Of a stretch of DNA of 64,000 nt, positions 55,586 through 64,000 are shown piece by piece. Position 1 is the stretch's first letter, and every line of letters starts with the position of its first letter. The notes beneath the pieces were generated by a model that saw only the letters and a program-made list of their open reading frames with translations, was not told the origin of the DNA and did not search any database. This DNA is from Candidatus Saccharimonadota bacterium (GTDB lineage: Bacteria > Patescibacteriota > Saccharimonadia > Saccharimonadales > Saccharimonadaceae). Where the stretch lies: contig JAIKZA010000008.1 of NCBI GenBank assembly GCA_024682595.1, positions 10,697-74,696 on the forward strand, given 5' to 3'. Position numbers and translations under genes: made by a program.

Positions 55586-57457
55586 TTATGATAGATTATT
55601 TTTAATAAAATAACGTTGGCGATTATCTATAAAAGCAATCTTAAATAAAGTATTATTACTAGATATATTATTAGCAACGATATTTGTTTGATAATTATAT
55701 TTAGCGATGCGATAATTTGGTTTACGATACCATCTAACAGTCACGCCATTGCCGTGCATTAAATCTTCTCTTCCGGCCATTGGAGCACGACCTGCGCCGA
55801 TTGTAGAATATGAGGCTGAGGCTATTACGCTATCAAATCCAGGTATTTCGCCAACATATATGAAAGTATGTCCGCTTGAAAATGCGACGTCGCCTGGTTG
55901 TAATATACTCGTATCGACCGCAATACTAGATGCGCTATTTAGAAGTTGCCAGCCATGTGATTTTGCCCAAGCCTCTTGTGCGTCTGTATTCCCCTTTCCG
56001 TCATTATATTCTGGTTCAAGCCCGGAGTTTTGAACCAAAATAGTTACAAAACCGCCACAGTCTATTCCTGGTACGCCGGCGACAGATCCACCAACATATC
56101 GGCCTTCACTGATTGAACGAGTAACCGCTTCTGCGTAGGCTGGCATGCGATCGTGCCATGGCGCTTCATGATATTGCGGCCAAGCATAGCTAAGAACTAG
56201 GGATTGGAATTCCCCGCTTACGCTACATCCATTTTCATTAGTATTTGAGTTGATAGCTTTCCAAATAATTTCCGCGAATAATTCGGTGCCGGCACCGTTG
56301 GGGTGGAACATGTCGGAATCTAAATATGTGTTTGGATTTTGATCTACTGTTGTAGCCCAGTCTGCAATTATAATATTTTGGTTATTTTTGGAAAAAGTTT
56401 TAAATAAATTATTGTTTGAAGTAAATAAATTTTTATTTTTACCATGATAATTTGTGACAAAAACGATAGTTTTATTTGCGCCAATTGTCGTGATAGCTTC
56501 TTCAATACTTGAAGCGGTGAGATTGGCTGAGTTTGTTCCGAGAGCAAAAACAACGATATTCTTTAATTCTATAGATTTTGCTACGTTTATACCTTCGCTC
56601 CAAGGTCGACCGCTACGTCCATTTATGTCTGAATCGGTAAGTTCTGGGAATCTTTTTTTGAAGGCATTGTGCGATCTTACAGTGATAGAGTCGCCAATTA
56701 TTGTGATGTTTTTACCATTTTCGGCATTACCATTCATGGAGCCAGTATTTTGTATACCTTTTCCGGCGTATTGGCTGTAAAATTCTTTAGCGTAATCGCG
56801 GCGAGCTTTAGCTGCTTGATAGAGGCGGCCAGCATACGGTGCATAATAAAGAATTTCAGAGCTTCCACCTACGGCGCGTTCGAATAAGACAAGGAAAATT
56901 TCCGCAGCCATTTCGGGGGTGTCGGCTTTCTTGATTTCTTCTTGCCAATTTAAATCTTTTTCTTCTAATGTGAATTCAAGTTCGACTTGTAGAAGTTTGT
57001 CGTAGTCGGCTTTTGGTATTTTTTGTTCTGCATCACTTCCCCAATATTCAGACGAAGTATACTTGCTAAGTCCAGCATCTTCTATTCTTCTAAAAAGTGT
57101 ATTTCTACGGCCGCCGCCCCACTGGAATATGCCAAAATATGTGCCATTGCTAGATCTGGTGGGGACTAGGCCCGATTCGGCCTTGGCGTTTCCAAGGAGT
57201 CCAGCCGTTTGGGCATCATTAAAACCATGCTCGATAAAGAAGTTCCATATTTTCTCTGCAGAATCGCTACCTGCGAGTGTAGTAGCGCTAGTATTGCATT
57301 TATCCGCATTCCCGTCCGGGTTATAGTAATAAATGCCATTCTTATTGAACATATCTAGTATTTCTTCGCTTGGGGTAGCGGCGCAAGTTGAAGTAGTCAA
57401 TGTTGCGGCAATAATGATAGAGGCAACTGATTTTAGAATAATGCGGATTTTTTTCAT
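55586..57457 (-). CDS. Secreted three-domain peptidoglycan hydrolase: phage-tail-lysozyme-like, SGNH esterase and NlpC/P60-like domains
   Basis: Signal peptide. LLGNAKAESGL...GIFQWGGGRR. SGNH blocks IIGDSIT, LGTNS and DMFHPN. GIDCGGFV and GHTFIYVG. The ATGA start/stop overlaps the upstream gene. Confidence 0.8.
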   Translation of the reverse strand: MKKIRIILKSVASIIIAATLTTSTCAATPSEEILDMFNKNGIYYYNPDGNADKCNTSATTLAGSDSAEKIWNFFIEHGFNDAQTAGLLGNAKAESGLVPTRSSNGTYFGIFQWGGGRRNTLFRRIEDAGLSKYTSSEYWGSDAEQKIPKADYDKLLQVELEFTLEEKDLNWQEEIKKADTPEMAAEIFLVLFERAVGGSSEILYYAPYAGRLYQAAKARRDYAKEFYSQYAGKGIQNTGSMNGNAENGKNITIIGDSITVRSHNAFKKRFPELTDSDINGRSGRPWSEGINVAKSIELKNIVVFALGTNSANLTASSIEEAITTIGANKTIVFVTNYHGKNKNLFTSNNNLFKTFSKNNQNIIIADWATTVDQNPNTYLDSDMFHPNGAGTELFAEIIWKAINSNTNENGCSVSGEFQSLVLSYAWPQYHEAPWHDRMPAYAEAVTRSISEGRYVGGSVAGVPGIDCGGFVTILVQNSGLEPEYNDGKGNTDAQEAWAKSHGWQLLNSASSIAVDTSILQPGDVAFSSGHTFIYVGEIPGFDSVIASASYSTIGAGRAPMAGREDLMHGNGVTVRWYRKPNYRIAKYNYQTNIVANNISSNNTLFKIAFIDNRQRYFIKNNLS

Positions 57458-60240
57458 ACAGTATAGTTCCTACGATCGACGAATAGCGGTTCAGTTATGA
57501 CGGAAAGATAATGATTACTTGATATTGGAGTTTTTGTGAAAGATAGTTTTACTTCTGGTTTAATATAATCACCAAATGAATCACGCGTTGATGGGTCATA
57601 TTGCGCTAATTCATTGGAATAATCTATATATTCGAGTAGAAAAGCAACATCGTCGGTGCTTAGTCCCGAAATACGCGAAAGGGTTCCTTTAAAACTATTA
57701 TCAACAGGATGAGCTTTTTCGTATTGTTCTTGATAAGCAAGAACAGGATTGGTCTCATTGTCTTCTTGACCTTGTATGTCGTATAAAATACGCATATCTT
57801 CGACATAGCGTTGGTAATATTTGAATTCGGAATCCCAACGGGGGTTATCGCTGGAATTTATGCAGTTTTTACCGGTTGCCCATCCTTGGTTATAAACGTC
57901 CTCTGCAGCATTTACGACGTCAATGATGTCATTTACGAATGGAAGGTTGTTTACAACTATTCCTCCATCCGTCTGTAATGCGTTCAAAATATTAGCGTCA
58001 GTTACGCCCCATGGCGATTCGCGGTTTACGCAAAAATTTATAAATTTAGCGAGTTCGGAATTGTCTTTAATGTCGCCGTTTTCGTTTAAATTTGGTTCGA
58101 TTGCGGCTAGATAACTAGGATCGTCTGGAGACATGTCGACAGTAGAGTAATCTGCGCTAACAATAGGATAACCGTACATGTCGCACATGGTGCCGCTAAG
58201 ATTAGTACATTCACTATATTGTGAGGTATATTTAAGATCGTCATCTAATGCAGCGGCAGTAGGAATGAGTGATTGGGTGGCACTACTGGTGACACGGGTG
58301 ACGTTGGCCATTATATTAATCAGTGAATTTGAGTATGAAAGGTACGAGAATTTAGACATGATTGAACCAAGAAAAGTGTTTGGGCTAGAAGTATCTAATG
58401 GGCTTCGTCTTAATCGGTCAATTTCCGCTTCTTGTGCAATGACGCGAGTGATTTGACGATTTTGAGTTTTAATAGATTCTTCGCTAGAAGGCATATATGC
58501 ACTACCTTGTGTGGCGAGCGAGAAATTGGCGGCGGCGGCTCCCTGCGAGAAGAGATTACCGGCTGGTATTCCTGTATATGATTCAAAAACATTACTTGCA
58601 AACATTTTTGTAGCGTATGGTACGATAGCATTTATAATCCCTGCAATAATGCCAGTAAGCGCGATTCCACCTACGGTCCGTGCGATAGCGCCTACTACAA
58701 AAGTTGCAAGTGCGCCACCTGGGATTGCAGTAGAAGCTAGCGAAACAATCGCAGAAGCAGCCATGACGCCCGAACAAACAACGTTGGTTCCGCCATTTAC
58801 CAAGACGATGCGCGTGGCGGCTTTTCTAATATTATCAAAGGAAAAAGGTTGAATCTCGGAATCTGAAGATAAGGTATTGCCCATGATGATTTTGGCGCCG
58901 GATGATTCTAACATAGAACCAGTGTAGGCTTGCGTAATTGGTTCTCCGTCGTCTCCGACATATTGAACTTCGCTAGTAGTTTGTTGGGTCATCAAGTTTA
59001 GTGCTTCGTTGATTCCAGAAGCTTCTCCTTCTCCAGCCATCATTTTACTGATTGACTCCATAAAACTAAGGAAGTAAGCGATTGATTGTTGGATTTGATA
59101 GGCAGATACGGCAACATTGATGAGATTTGCAATACGGAGGGCCGAACAGACCGGAACGCCGACTGATGATACTTTGCCGGCAATGCTATTAACCATGGCA
59201 TGCGCTTTTGATTCTGGCGTGGCGCCATCAATATTATTAATGTCGATATCTTCGCCGTTTTTTTGCTTTATCTCTTCGCCAGTTTCTTCGTCTGTACCAG
59301 TTCTAATTGTGTTAATTGAGCCATCGCTACCAGTGATGCGGCTGGAAACGGTGGATTGAAATTCATCCATGTCGGCATTTTTGTCGCCAGTGGATTTATA
59401 ATTGTCAAAGATGTCGCGCGTAGCGCCTTTCTTTTTGTAGTATGCTTCTGATGAATCGTCAAAAAAACCAGCTACGCGCCCACGTTTTGCGTTATAATAC
59501 GCCTCGCGAAAACTTGCATTCGATGCAAACTCATCTTGAAATTTATCGGCACTAATAGTTTTGTCGCCGTATTTTAAGACTGTTTTATAGCCGAGAGGAG
59601 CTTGTCCTGGTTCGAATTGATTATCTGTATTAATATGTCCAATTTCGATGCCATTTTTGGCTAGGCGATCTTGTAGATATGATGGGAAATATTTGTATCT
59701 ATGGGCAAAGAGGGAGCCAATTTCGACCTGGTCGCCACCATCAAGCATGTAAGCCATAATGCGAGCATTACGAGGGCTGTAAGAAGTAAATTGGAGATCG
59801 GTTGCTTGTGTATAGAGCGCAGATATATGTGGGGCCAACATAGATTGAGCAACATAAAAGAAAAAACCGCCCCCAAAAAGTACTGTAGTTATAGCACCGA
59901 GCGGAGCGACTTTTTTAAATAGACCGCGTGTTCTCCCACCCTTCCCTATCGTTCGATTTTTGCCTCGAACAGAATTGTGAAATGATTGTTGCCCTTGAGA
60001 TGAAAAGGCTTCGTTACTTTGGTTGCGTTCGCGACGACGAAGAACGTCGGAACTACTCTCGTGTGTTTTGTGGTTTTTAGTTTTAGGTTTTTCTCCATCG
60101 TTCTGGATTGGCTTTGAGGCATTTTTTTCGCCATCAGAAAGTTCTTTAAGAATATTCGATGGGCGAATATCCGGCTCCTCCATACCATTGTATGGATCAA
60201 TGGGTGTGCGGTACTGTTCTTTTTTTGGTGTGGAGACCAT
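57454..60240 (-). CDS. Large polytopic membrane protein of the T4SS-like locus (VirB6/PrgH/TcpH-type role inferred)
   Basis: 928 aa with a basic disordered N-terminus, TM helix, exported domain, central cluster of Gly/Ala-rich TM helices and a Cys-containing C-terminal domain. Confidence 0.75.
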   Translation of the reverse strand: MVSTPKKEQYRTPIDPYNGMEEPDIRPSNILKELSDGEKNASKPIQNDGEKPKTKNHKTHESSSDVLRRRERNQSNEAFSSQGQQSFHNSVRGKNRTIGKGGRTRGLFKKVAPLGAITTVLFGGGFFFYVAQSMLAPHISALYTQATDLQFTSYSPRNARIMAYMLDGGDQVEIGSLFAHRYKYFPSYLQDRLAKNGIEIGHINTDNQFEPGQAPLGYKTVLKYGDKTISADKFQDEFASNASFREAYYNAKRGRVAGFFDDSSEAYYKKKGATRDIFDNYKSTGDKNADMDEFQSTVSSRITGSDGSINTIRTGTDEETGEEIKQKNGEDIDINNIDGATPESKAHAMVNSIAGKVSSVGVPVCSALRIANLINVAVSAYQIQQSIAYFLSFMESISKMMAGEGEASGINEALNLMTQQTTSEVQYVGDDGEPITQAYTGSMLESSGAKIIMGNTLSSDSEIQPFSFDNIRKAATRIVLVNGGTNVVCSGVMAASAIVSLASTAIPGGALATFVVGAIARTVGGIALTGIIAGIINAIVPYATKMFASNVFESYTGIPAGNLFSQGAAAANFSLATQGSAYMPSSEESIKTQNRQITRVIAQEAEIDRLRRSPLDTSSPNTFLGSIMSKFSYLSYSNSLINIMANVTRVTSSATQSLIPTAAALDDDLKYTSQYSECTNLSGTMCDMYGYPIVSADYSTVDMSPDDPSYLAAIEPNLNENGDIKDNSELAKFINFCVNRESPWGVTDANILNALQTDGGIVVNNLPFVNDIIDVVNAAEDVYNQGWATGKNCINSSDNPRWDSEFKYYQRYVEDMRILYDIQGQEDNETNPVLAYQEQYEKAHPVDNSFKGTLSRISGLSTDDVAFLLEYIDYSNELAQYDPSTRDSFGDYIKPEVKLSFTKTPISSNHYLSVITEPLFVDRRNYTV

Positions 60241-60303
60241 AGATAATTATATTTTACAACATTTTTCTTAAAATGTCGAATCGTTCAGCGGATTATGAAA
60301 GGG

Positions 60304-62100
60304 TTATTTTTTAGTTTCAGTTGGGTTGGTAGTAATTAGGTCTTCTTCGGTATTTGATGCGACTATTTGAATATGTACGTGATTCTGACCAGCAAAGAAG
60401 AGACCTTGTCCGACTGGGAAATTTGAAAGACGTTTACGTTCCTCGTCGGTGAGTTTGAAGACGTCAGAAAGAACATCGACGGCGGATGCAGACTGTTTTA
60501 ATAGAAGCTGCATGGATGAGTTTGCGACGATGGCGCGACCCATCTTTGATGACATGAAATCCTCGACGTCCTGCGTAATAGTTGTGAGACCGAGATAATA
60601 TTTACGGGCACGTTTCGCAAGGCTGAATAGGAAGTTGGCTGAGTCTTCATATTTCATAAGCTGCCAAGCCTCATCTACGAGGAGGAGGCGACGTTTTTGT
60701 TCGGCGCGAACAATGTTCCAAATATGCGAGAGGACGATATACATAGCGACTGGGCGAAGCTCATCTTCAAGATCGCGAATATTGAATACAGCCATCTGAT
60801 TATTGATGTCGATATTTGATTGTTGAGAGAAAATACCCGCGAAGCTACCAGTTGTATATTTACGTAGACGCTGTGCGAGGCTTGGGCCAGAACCGCCCAT
60901 ATGCAGTAGGGTGTCAAATAGGTTCATGATAGTCGGTGGAACGGCGGTGTGAGTTAATGGGTCATTTGTGATGCCGGCGCGAGCATAGGTATCAATGAGC
61001 GCCTGATCAAGGTCAGCCTCTTCAGTTGGCGAAAGGCCAGCGCCGTTTCCCAACATGAGACGGAAGAGGCCATGGAGTGTGACAAGGTTAGCGCGAAGTG
61101 CGTCATTAGCATCTTCTGCGTCGACTACTTTTGGAAGGTCGAATGGATTGATGCGAACGTCGGAGTTAAGGCTGAGACGAACATAGGCACCGCCGACGGC
61201 GTCGCAAAGTTTTTGATACTCGTTTTCTGGGTCGATAATGAGAATTTCTGTGCCGACCATCATGGAGCGAAGCGCTTCAAGCTTGACCGTAAATGATTTA
61301 CCTGCACCAGACTTAGCAAAGACGACCATATTGGCATTCTCAAGCGAGAATCGGTCGAATATGACGAGACCATTATTATGCATATTGACACCATAAAGGA
61401 TGCCTTTTTCCTGAGTAAGGTCTGCGGATGTGAATGGGAAACTAGTAGAAATTGCACCCGTGTTCATATTACGACGAATCTGAAGCTGGTCGGAGCATTG
61501 CGGCATTGTGCTATTTAGGCCCTGCTCCTGCTGAGATGAAGCAACTTTGCTGAATACCATTTGTTGCCCAAAGATATTTTCGATTTTATGTTGGACGAAC
61601 TGTAGTTCATCTAACGAGTCGGCGTAAATGGTAACATATAGGCCGTAGCGGAAAAACTTTTCAGCACCGACCTGAAGCTGGTCGCGTAGATCTTCGGCAT
61701 CGGATATAGCGGCTTCTAGCTCTGGGTCGCGAACTTTTCCTTTCTCACTATTAATATTCATACTAGCTTCGAGCTGAGTAACCTTTTTAGTAAGGTTCTT
61801 CATCACTATGTCGGTGTCGACTGGGTATATATACATAGATACATCAATAACTTCGTCAATATTAATAATGGAACTTAGCCAACCAGTATAAAGCATACGT
61901 GGATACCCATACACATAGATGGTGCGACCGTATTTCGTACCAAGACGGAAATAATCTGAGTGAATCTCGATACTTGATGGAGAAATAAGGTCTCGAAGTG
62001 TGGTGATACCGGTCTCGAACGCTTTTTGAATTTCAACTTCTTCTTGAAGTTGAGCTTGTGCGGCAATATCTGCTGCGCTGATTTGTTTTTGCTTTGCCAT
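60304..62100 (-). CDS. virB4: VirB4-family T4SS ATPase (PrgJ/TcpF-like)
   Basis: N-terminal IEIHSDYFRLGTKYGRTIYVYGYP pattern, Walker A VFAKSGAGKSF, Walker B RLLLVDEAWQLM. Confidence 0.9.
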   Translation of the reverse strand: MAKQKQISAADIAAQAQLQEEVEIQKAFETGITTLRDLISPSSIEIHSDYFRLGTKYGRTIYVYGYPRMLYTGWLSSIINIDEVIDVSMYIYPVDTDIVMKNLTKKVTQLEASMNINSEKGKVRDPELEAAISDAEDLRDQLQVGAEKFFRYGLYVTIYADSLDELQFVQHKIENIFGQQMVFSKVASSQQEQGLNSTMPQCSDQLQIRRNMNTGAISTSFPFTSADLTQEKGILYGVNMHNNGLVIFDRFSLENANMVVFAKSGAGKSFTVKLEALRSMMVGTEILIIDPENEYQKLCDAVGGAYVRLSLNSDVRINPFDLPKVVDAEDANDALRANLVTLHGLFRLMLGNGAGLSPTEEADLDQALIDTYARAGITNDPLTHTAVPPTIMNLFDTLLHMGGSGPSLAQRLRKYTTGSFAGIFSQQSNIDINNQMAVFNIRDLEDELRPVAMYIVLSHIWNIVRAEQKRRLLLVDEAWQLMKYEDSANFLFSLAKRARKYYLGLTTITQDVEDFMSSKMGRAIVANSSMQLLLKQSASAVDVLSDVFKLTDEERKRLSNFPVGQGLFFAGQNHVHIQIVASNTEEDLITTNPTETKK

Positions 62101-63044
62101 TATTTTTGACTCCCTTCAGTACCTGGTTCACCCTTTTTAACATATAAGTGGGCAAGTTTATTGAAATCTCCTAGCGGCTCACGAACGGCGGTGTCTGGGT
62201 TATTGAAGTTGTAATAGAGCTGGCCTAGCTCTTTTGTGCTAAGGCGAACGGAGTGGATTCCGATTTGGAATAAGCCTGCAATAACGGCTTCTACGCGGTT
62301 GTTTATTTCTGTCACGGCCTTGTCGTAGGTGGCGCGGTCGATGCGAGTAATTGTTTGACCTTTGGCACGACTGAATGATTTGAAGAAATTCTTTGTTTGG
62401 GTTACGGCTTTTTCGGCTTCGGATGAAGTATAGTATGGAATTACAATAAAGAAAGATTTATCCATAATGTTTGCTTCCTGAGACAACTCGTCGATAAAGC
62501 CAATATAATCATCCATAAGAATGCCGAGGAGCATATTATCGTTGTCACGACGGAGTTCGGTTAAGCGATCTAGATAAGGTCCAATATCGACGCGTTGAGA
62601 ACGAATAAGGATTTGAACGGTAAAATTCAAGGAGTTTAAGAAGTTTTGATAAGAGTATTCAACCGCTTCACGCTCAGTCTCAGACATGAGATCAAAGTTA
62701 ATAGATTTACAGGCAACCACGGCCCTAAAGGAACCGTCTTTCATAATTACCATTGAGTCGCGTAACTCGGAAATAATTAATGACGCTTGAGTGGAAGTGG
62801 GATTTTCTTTTGGTGTAGCATCGCCGTTAGGAGCTTGTTGCTGTGGAATAGTGGTAGGCTGACCTGCAACCGGTTGACCCGCAACTGGTTGACCTGCAAC
62901 TGGCTGACTTACGATTGGCTGGCCAGCAACTGGTTGATTGGCAACTGGCTGGTTTATGATAGGTTGGCCAATAGGCGGCTGAGGAATACCGTTCATTGGT
63001 TGCGGGTTTTGCATTGGTAGTGGCTGTGGTTGATTTGGCTGCAC
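62100..63044 (-). CDS. Protein with an N-terminal QPxxx pentapeptide array and a VirB4-N-terminal-domain-like body
   Basis: GTG start with an AAGGAG SD. Stop TAA overlaps the virB4 ATG. The body (MVIMKDGSFRAVVACKSINFDLMSE...FFIVIPYY) parallels the N-domain of the downstream ATPase. Confidence 0.65.
   Translation of the reverse strand: MQPNQPQPLPMQNPQPMNGIPQPPIGQPIINQPVANQPVAGQPIVSQPVAGQPVAGQPVAGQPTTIPQQQAPNGDATPKENPTSTQASLIISELRDSMVIMKDGSFRAVVACKSINFDLMSETEREAVEYSYQNFLNSLNFTVQILIRSQRVDIGPYLDRLTELRRDNDNMLLGILMDDYIGFIDELSQEANIMDKSFFIVIPYYTSSEAEKAVTQTKNFFKSFSRAKGQTITRIDRATYDKAVTEINNRVEAVIAGLFQIGIHSVRLSTKELGQLYYNFNNPDTAVREPLGDFNKLAHLYVKKGEPGTEGSQK
62857..62976 (-). repeat. Eight tandem 15-nt units encoding QP(V/I)(A/V/I)(G/N/S)
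   Basis: Plus-strand GGYTGRCC(T/C)GCAAC(C/T)-type 15-mers read consecutively. Confidence 0.9.
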
Positions 63045-63053
63045 GTTAACTCC

Positions 63054-64000
63054 TTAATGTAATGAAATATAAACTTCGTCGTCTTTCTTTTCTTTAATAC
63101 GTTTCGCTTGTTGGGCGATGGTTTCAATGGAGAAGTCTGAGTTATTGGCGAGATCAATCATATTTTGGTCGGTTTGTTCGGCGACTTCTTTCATTTCTGC
63201 CTGACGCTTTTCTTCGGCCTCTTCCTGCTGGATTCTTTCTTGCTCTGCTCTTTCGGCTTCGATTCCGGCGACCATTGAATCTGACTTTATGATAGTGTCG
63301 TTATATTTTACGGCTTCATCACTAAGCGGATTACTTGGGATGATTGGTTTCGGCGCTGGAATTGACGAGTTATTAATGATGGGGTTATCTGGTAATGCAG
63401 GTGGTTGAGGCATTGGATATGCCTGAGGCTGTTGCATTGTTTGTGGCTGTGTAGTTTGTTGTGGCACTTGTTGATCGAGCTGCCCGTTATGATTGGTGAT
63501 GGTTGTGTTTTGGTTGTGGGTACTATTTTCAATAGCTGCGCGCATTTGACTAATAGCTAGATCATGGCGTGCCGACGCTCCATCCGTGAGAGTTTGATTG
63601 ATTAGATTATTACTGGCGGTTGTATTCTCGAACATGTCGGGAGTATCGTGAGCTTCGGCATAGACTTCTTCTTTTACGCCAGAATTAGGGGTTGTGCCCT
63701 TAATGGCGTAACCTTCAGTATCGATAATGTCGGCGAGGAATGAAAGGCGGTGGAGGGCTTCTTCTTGGTCGATATCTTTAGTACGGACTTTTTCGGTTTT
63801 CTTTGGAGCGGTAATTTTAATAGTCGTCTCTGGCTCGCCTGGCTCCCATGTGCGAACATGTGGCTTGAGATAAAAAGATACAACGGCGGACAGGTAGGTT
63901 TCCATCGGCTGATCCTTCTTTAGTGGTAAAGCGAGCGCGCCAAGAAGAATGATTGGCGGTATTAAGATGACGATAAAAGGTGGAAAAACTTGCCATAATA
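63054..64000 (-). CDS. PrgI/VirB3-like membrane protein with a long Q/P-rich and charged C-terminal extension (5' end outside the window)
   Basis: The frame stays open upstream of the ORF-track Met up to the window edge. It encodes LWQVFPPFIVILIPPIILLGALALPLKKDQPMETYLSAVVSFYLKPHVRTW, which matches the PrgI-family pattern (TM helices followed by ..G.P.E..L....F...P..R.Y). Confidence 0.6.
   Translation of the reverse strand, partial: LWQVFPPFIVILIPPIILLGALALPLKKDQPMETYLSAVVSFYLKPHVRTWEPGEPETTIKITAPKKTEKVRTKDIDQEEALHRLSFLADIIDTEGYAIKGTTPNSGVKEEVYAEAHDTPDMFENTTASNNLINQTLTDGASARHDLAISQMRAAIENSTHNQNTTITNHNGQLDQQVPQQTTQPQTMQQPQAYPMPQPPALPDNPIINNSSIPAPKPIIPSNPLSDEAVKYNDTIIKSDSMVAGIEAERAEQERIQQEEAEEKRQAEMKEVAEQTDQNMIDLANNSDFSIETIAQQAKRIKEKKDDEVYISLH

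Noticed and set aside
216-64000. A single ICE linking the serine recombinase island with the T4SS-like operon
   Set aside because: The two are separated by about 46 kb of core genes, including aspS, smpB, dus and the replication origin. The island has its own boundaries at 258 and 9067.

Overview
This 64-kb chromosomal window comes from a monoderm-type bacterium with moderate to low G+C. Gene content looks Saccharibacteria/Patescibacteria-like, but that is inference only and nothing was searched.

(1) Left end: tRNA-Asn(GTT) at 183-257 is followed by a composite integrated island of about 8.8 kb (258-9067). Three copies of a tRNA-3'-end-like sequence bound it.
- The intact element (258-7464) carries a large serine recombinase, a gpII-like replication initiator, a SpoVG-family protein, a divergent regulator/excisionase pair, an ABC-F ATPase and a repeat-rich HNH nuclease.
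- The recombinase ORF reads across the junction and stops inside the tRNA anticodon loop.
- The decayed element (7465-9067) keeps only the last 291 nt of a second recombinase gene and an alpha/beta hydrolase.

(2) Middle: a secreted S8 protease, housekeeping genes (aspS, smpB, dus, a Mur ligase) and envelope glycosylation genes. There is also a compositionally foreign lipoprotein gene (27558-28448), an LGFP-repeat wall protein, and a 12-14 kb AT-rich Wzx/Wzy-type glycopolymer locus (34436-48180). That locus contains glf, a TarI/IspD-like cytidylyltransferase, two LicD transferases, galE and an LCP ligase.

(3) Replication origin: jag-yidC-rnpA-rpmH (minus strand) faces dnaA-dnaN-recF (plus strand). 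TTTTCCACA-type DnaA-box clusters flank dnaA. A further three-box cluster sits in front of a LexA-N-domain-only regulator at 17.2 kb.

(4) Right end: a monoderm T4SS-like operon (54661 to beyond 64000, minus strand) encodes a PrgI/VirB3-like protein, a VirB4-N-domain-like protein with pentapeptide repeats, a VirB4 ATPase, a 928-aa membrane protein and a three-domain muralytic enzyme. A 956-972-aa paralogue of the membrane protein lies 26 kb away, beside other wall-active genes.

Many genes have a -10 box exactly 6 nt upstream of the ATG, which suggests leaderless mRNAs. No rRNA genes or CRISPR arrays were seen.
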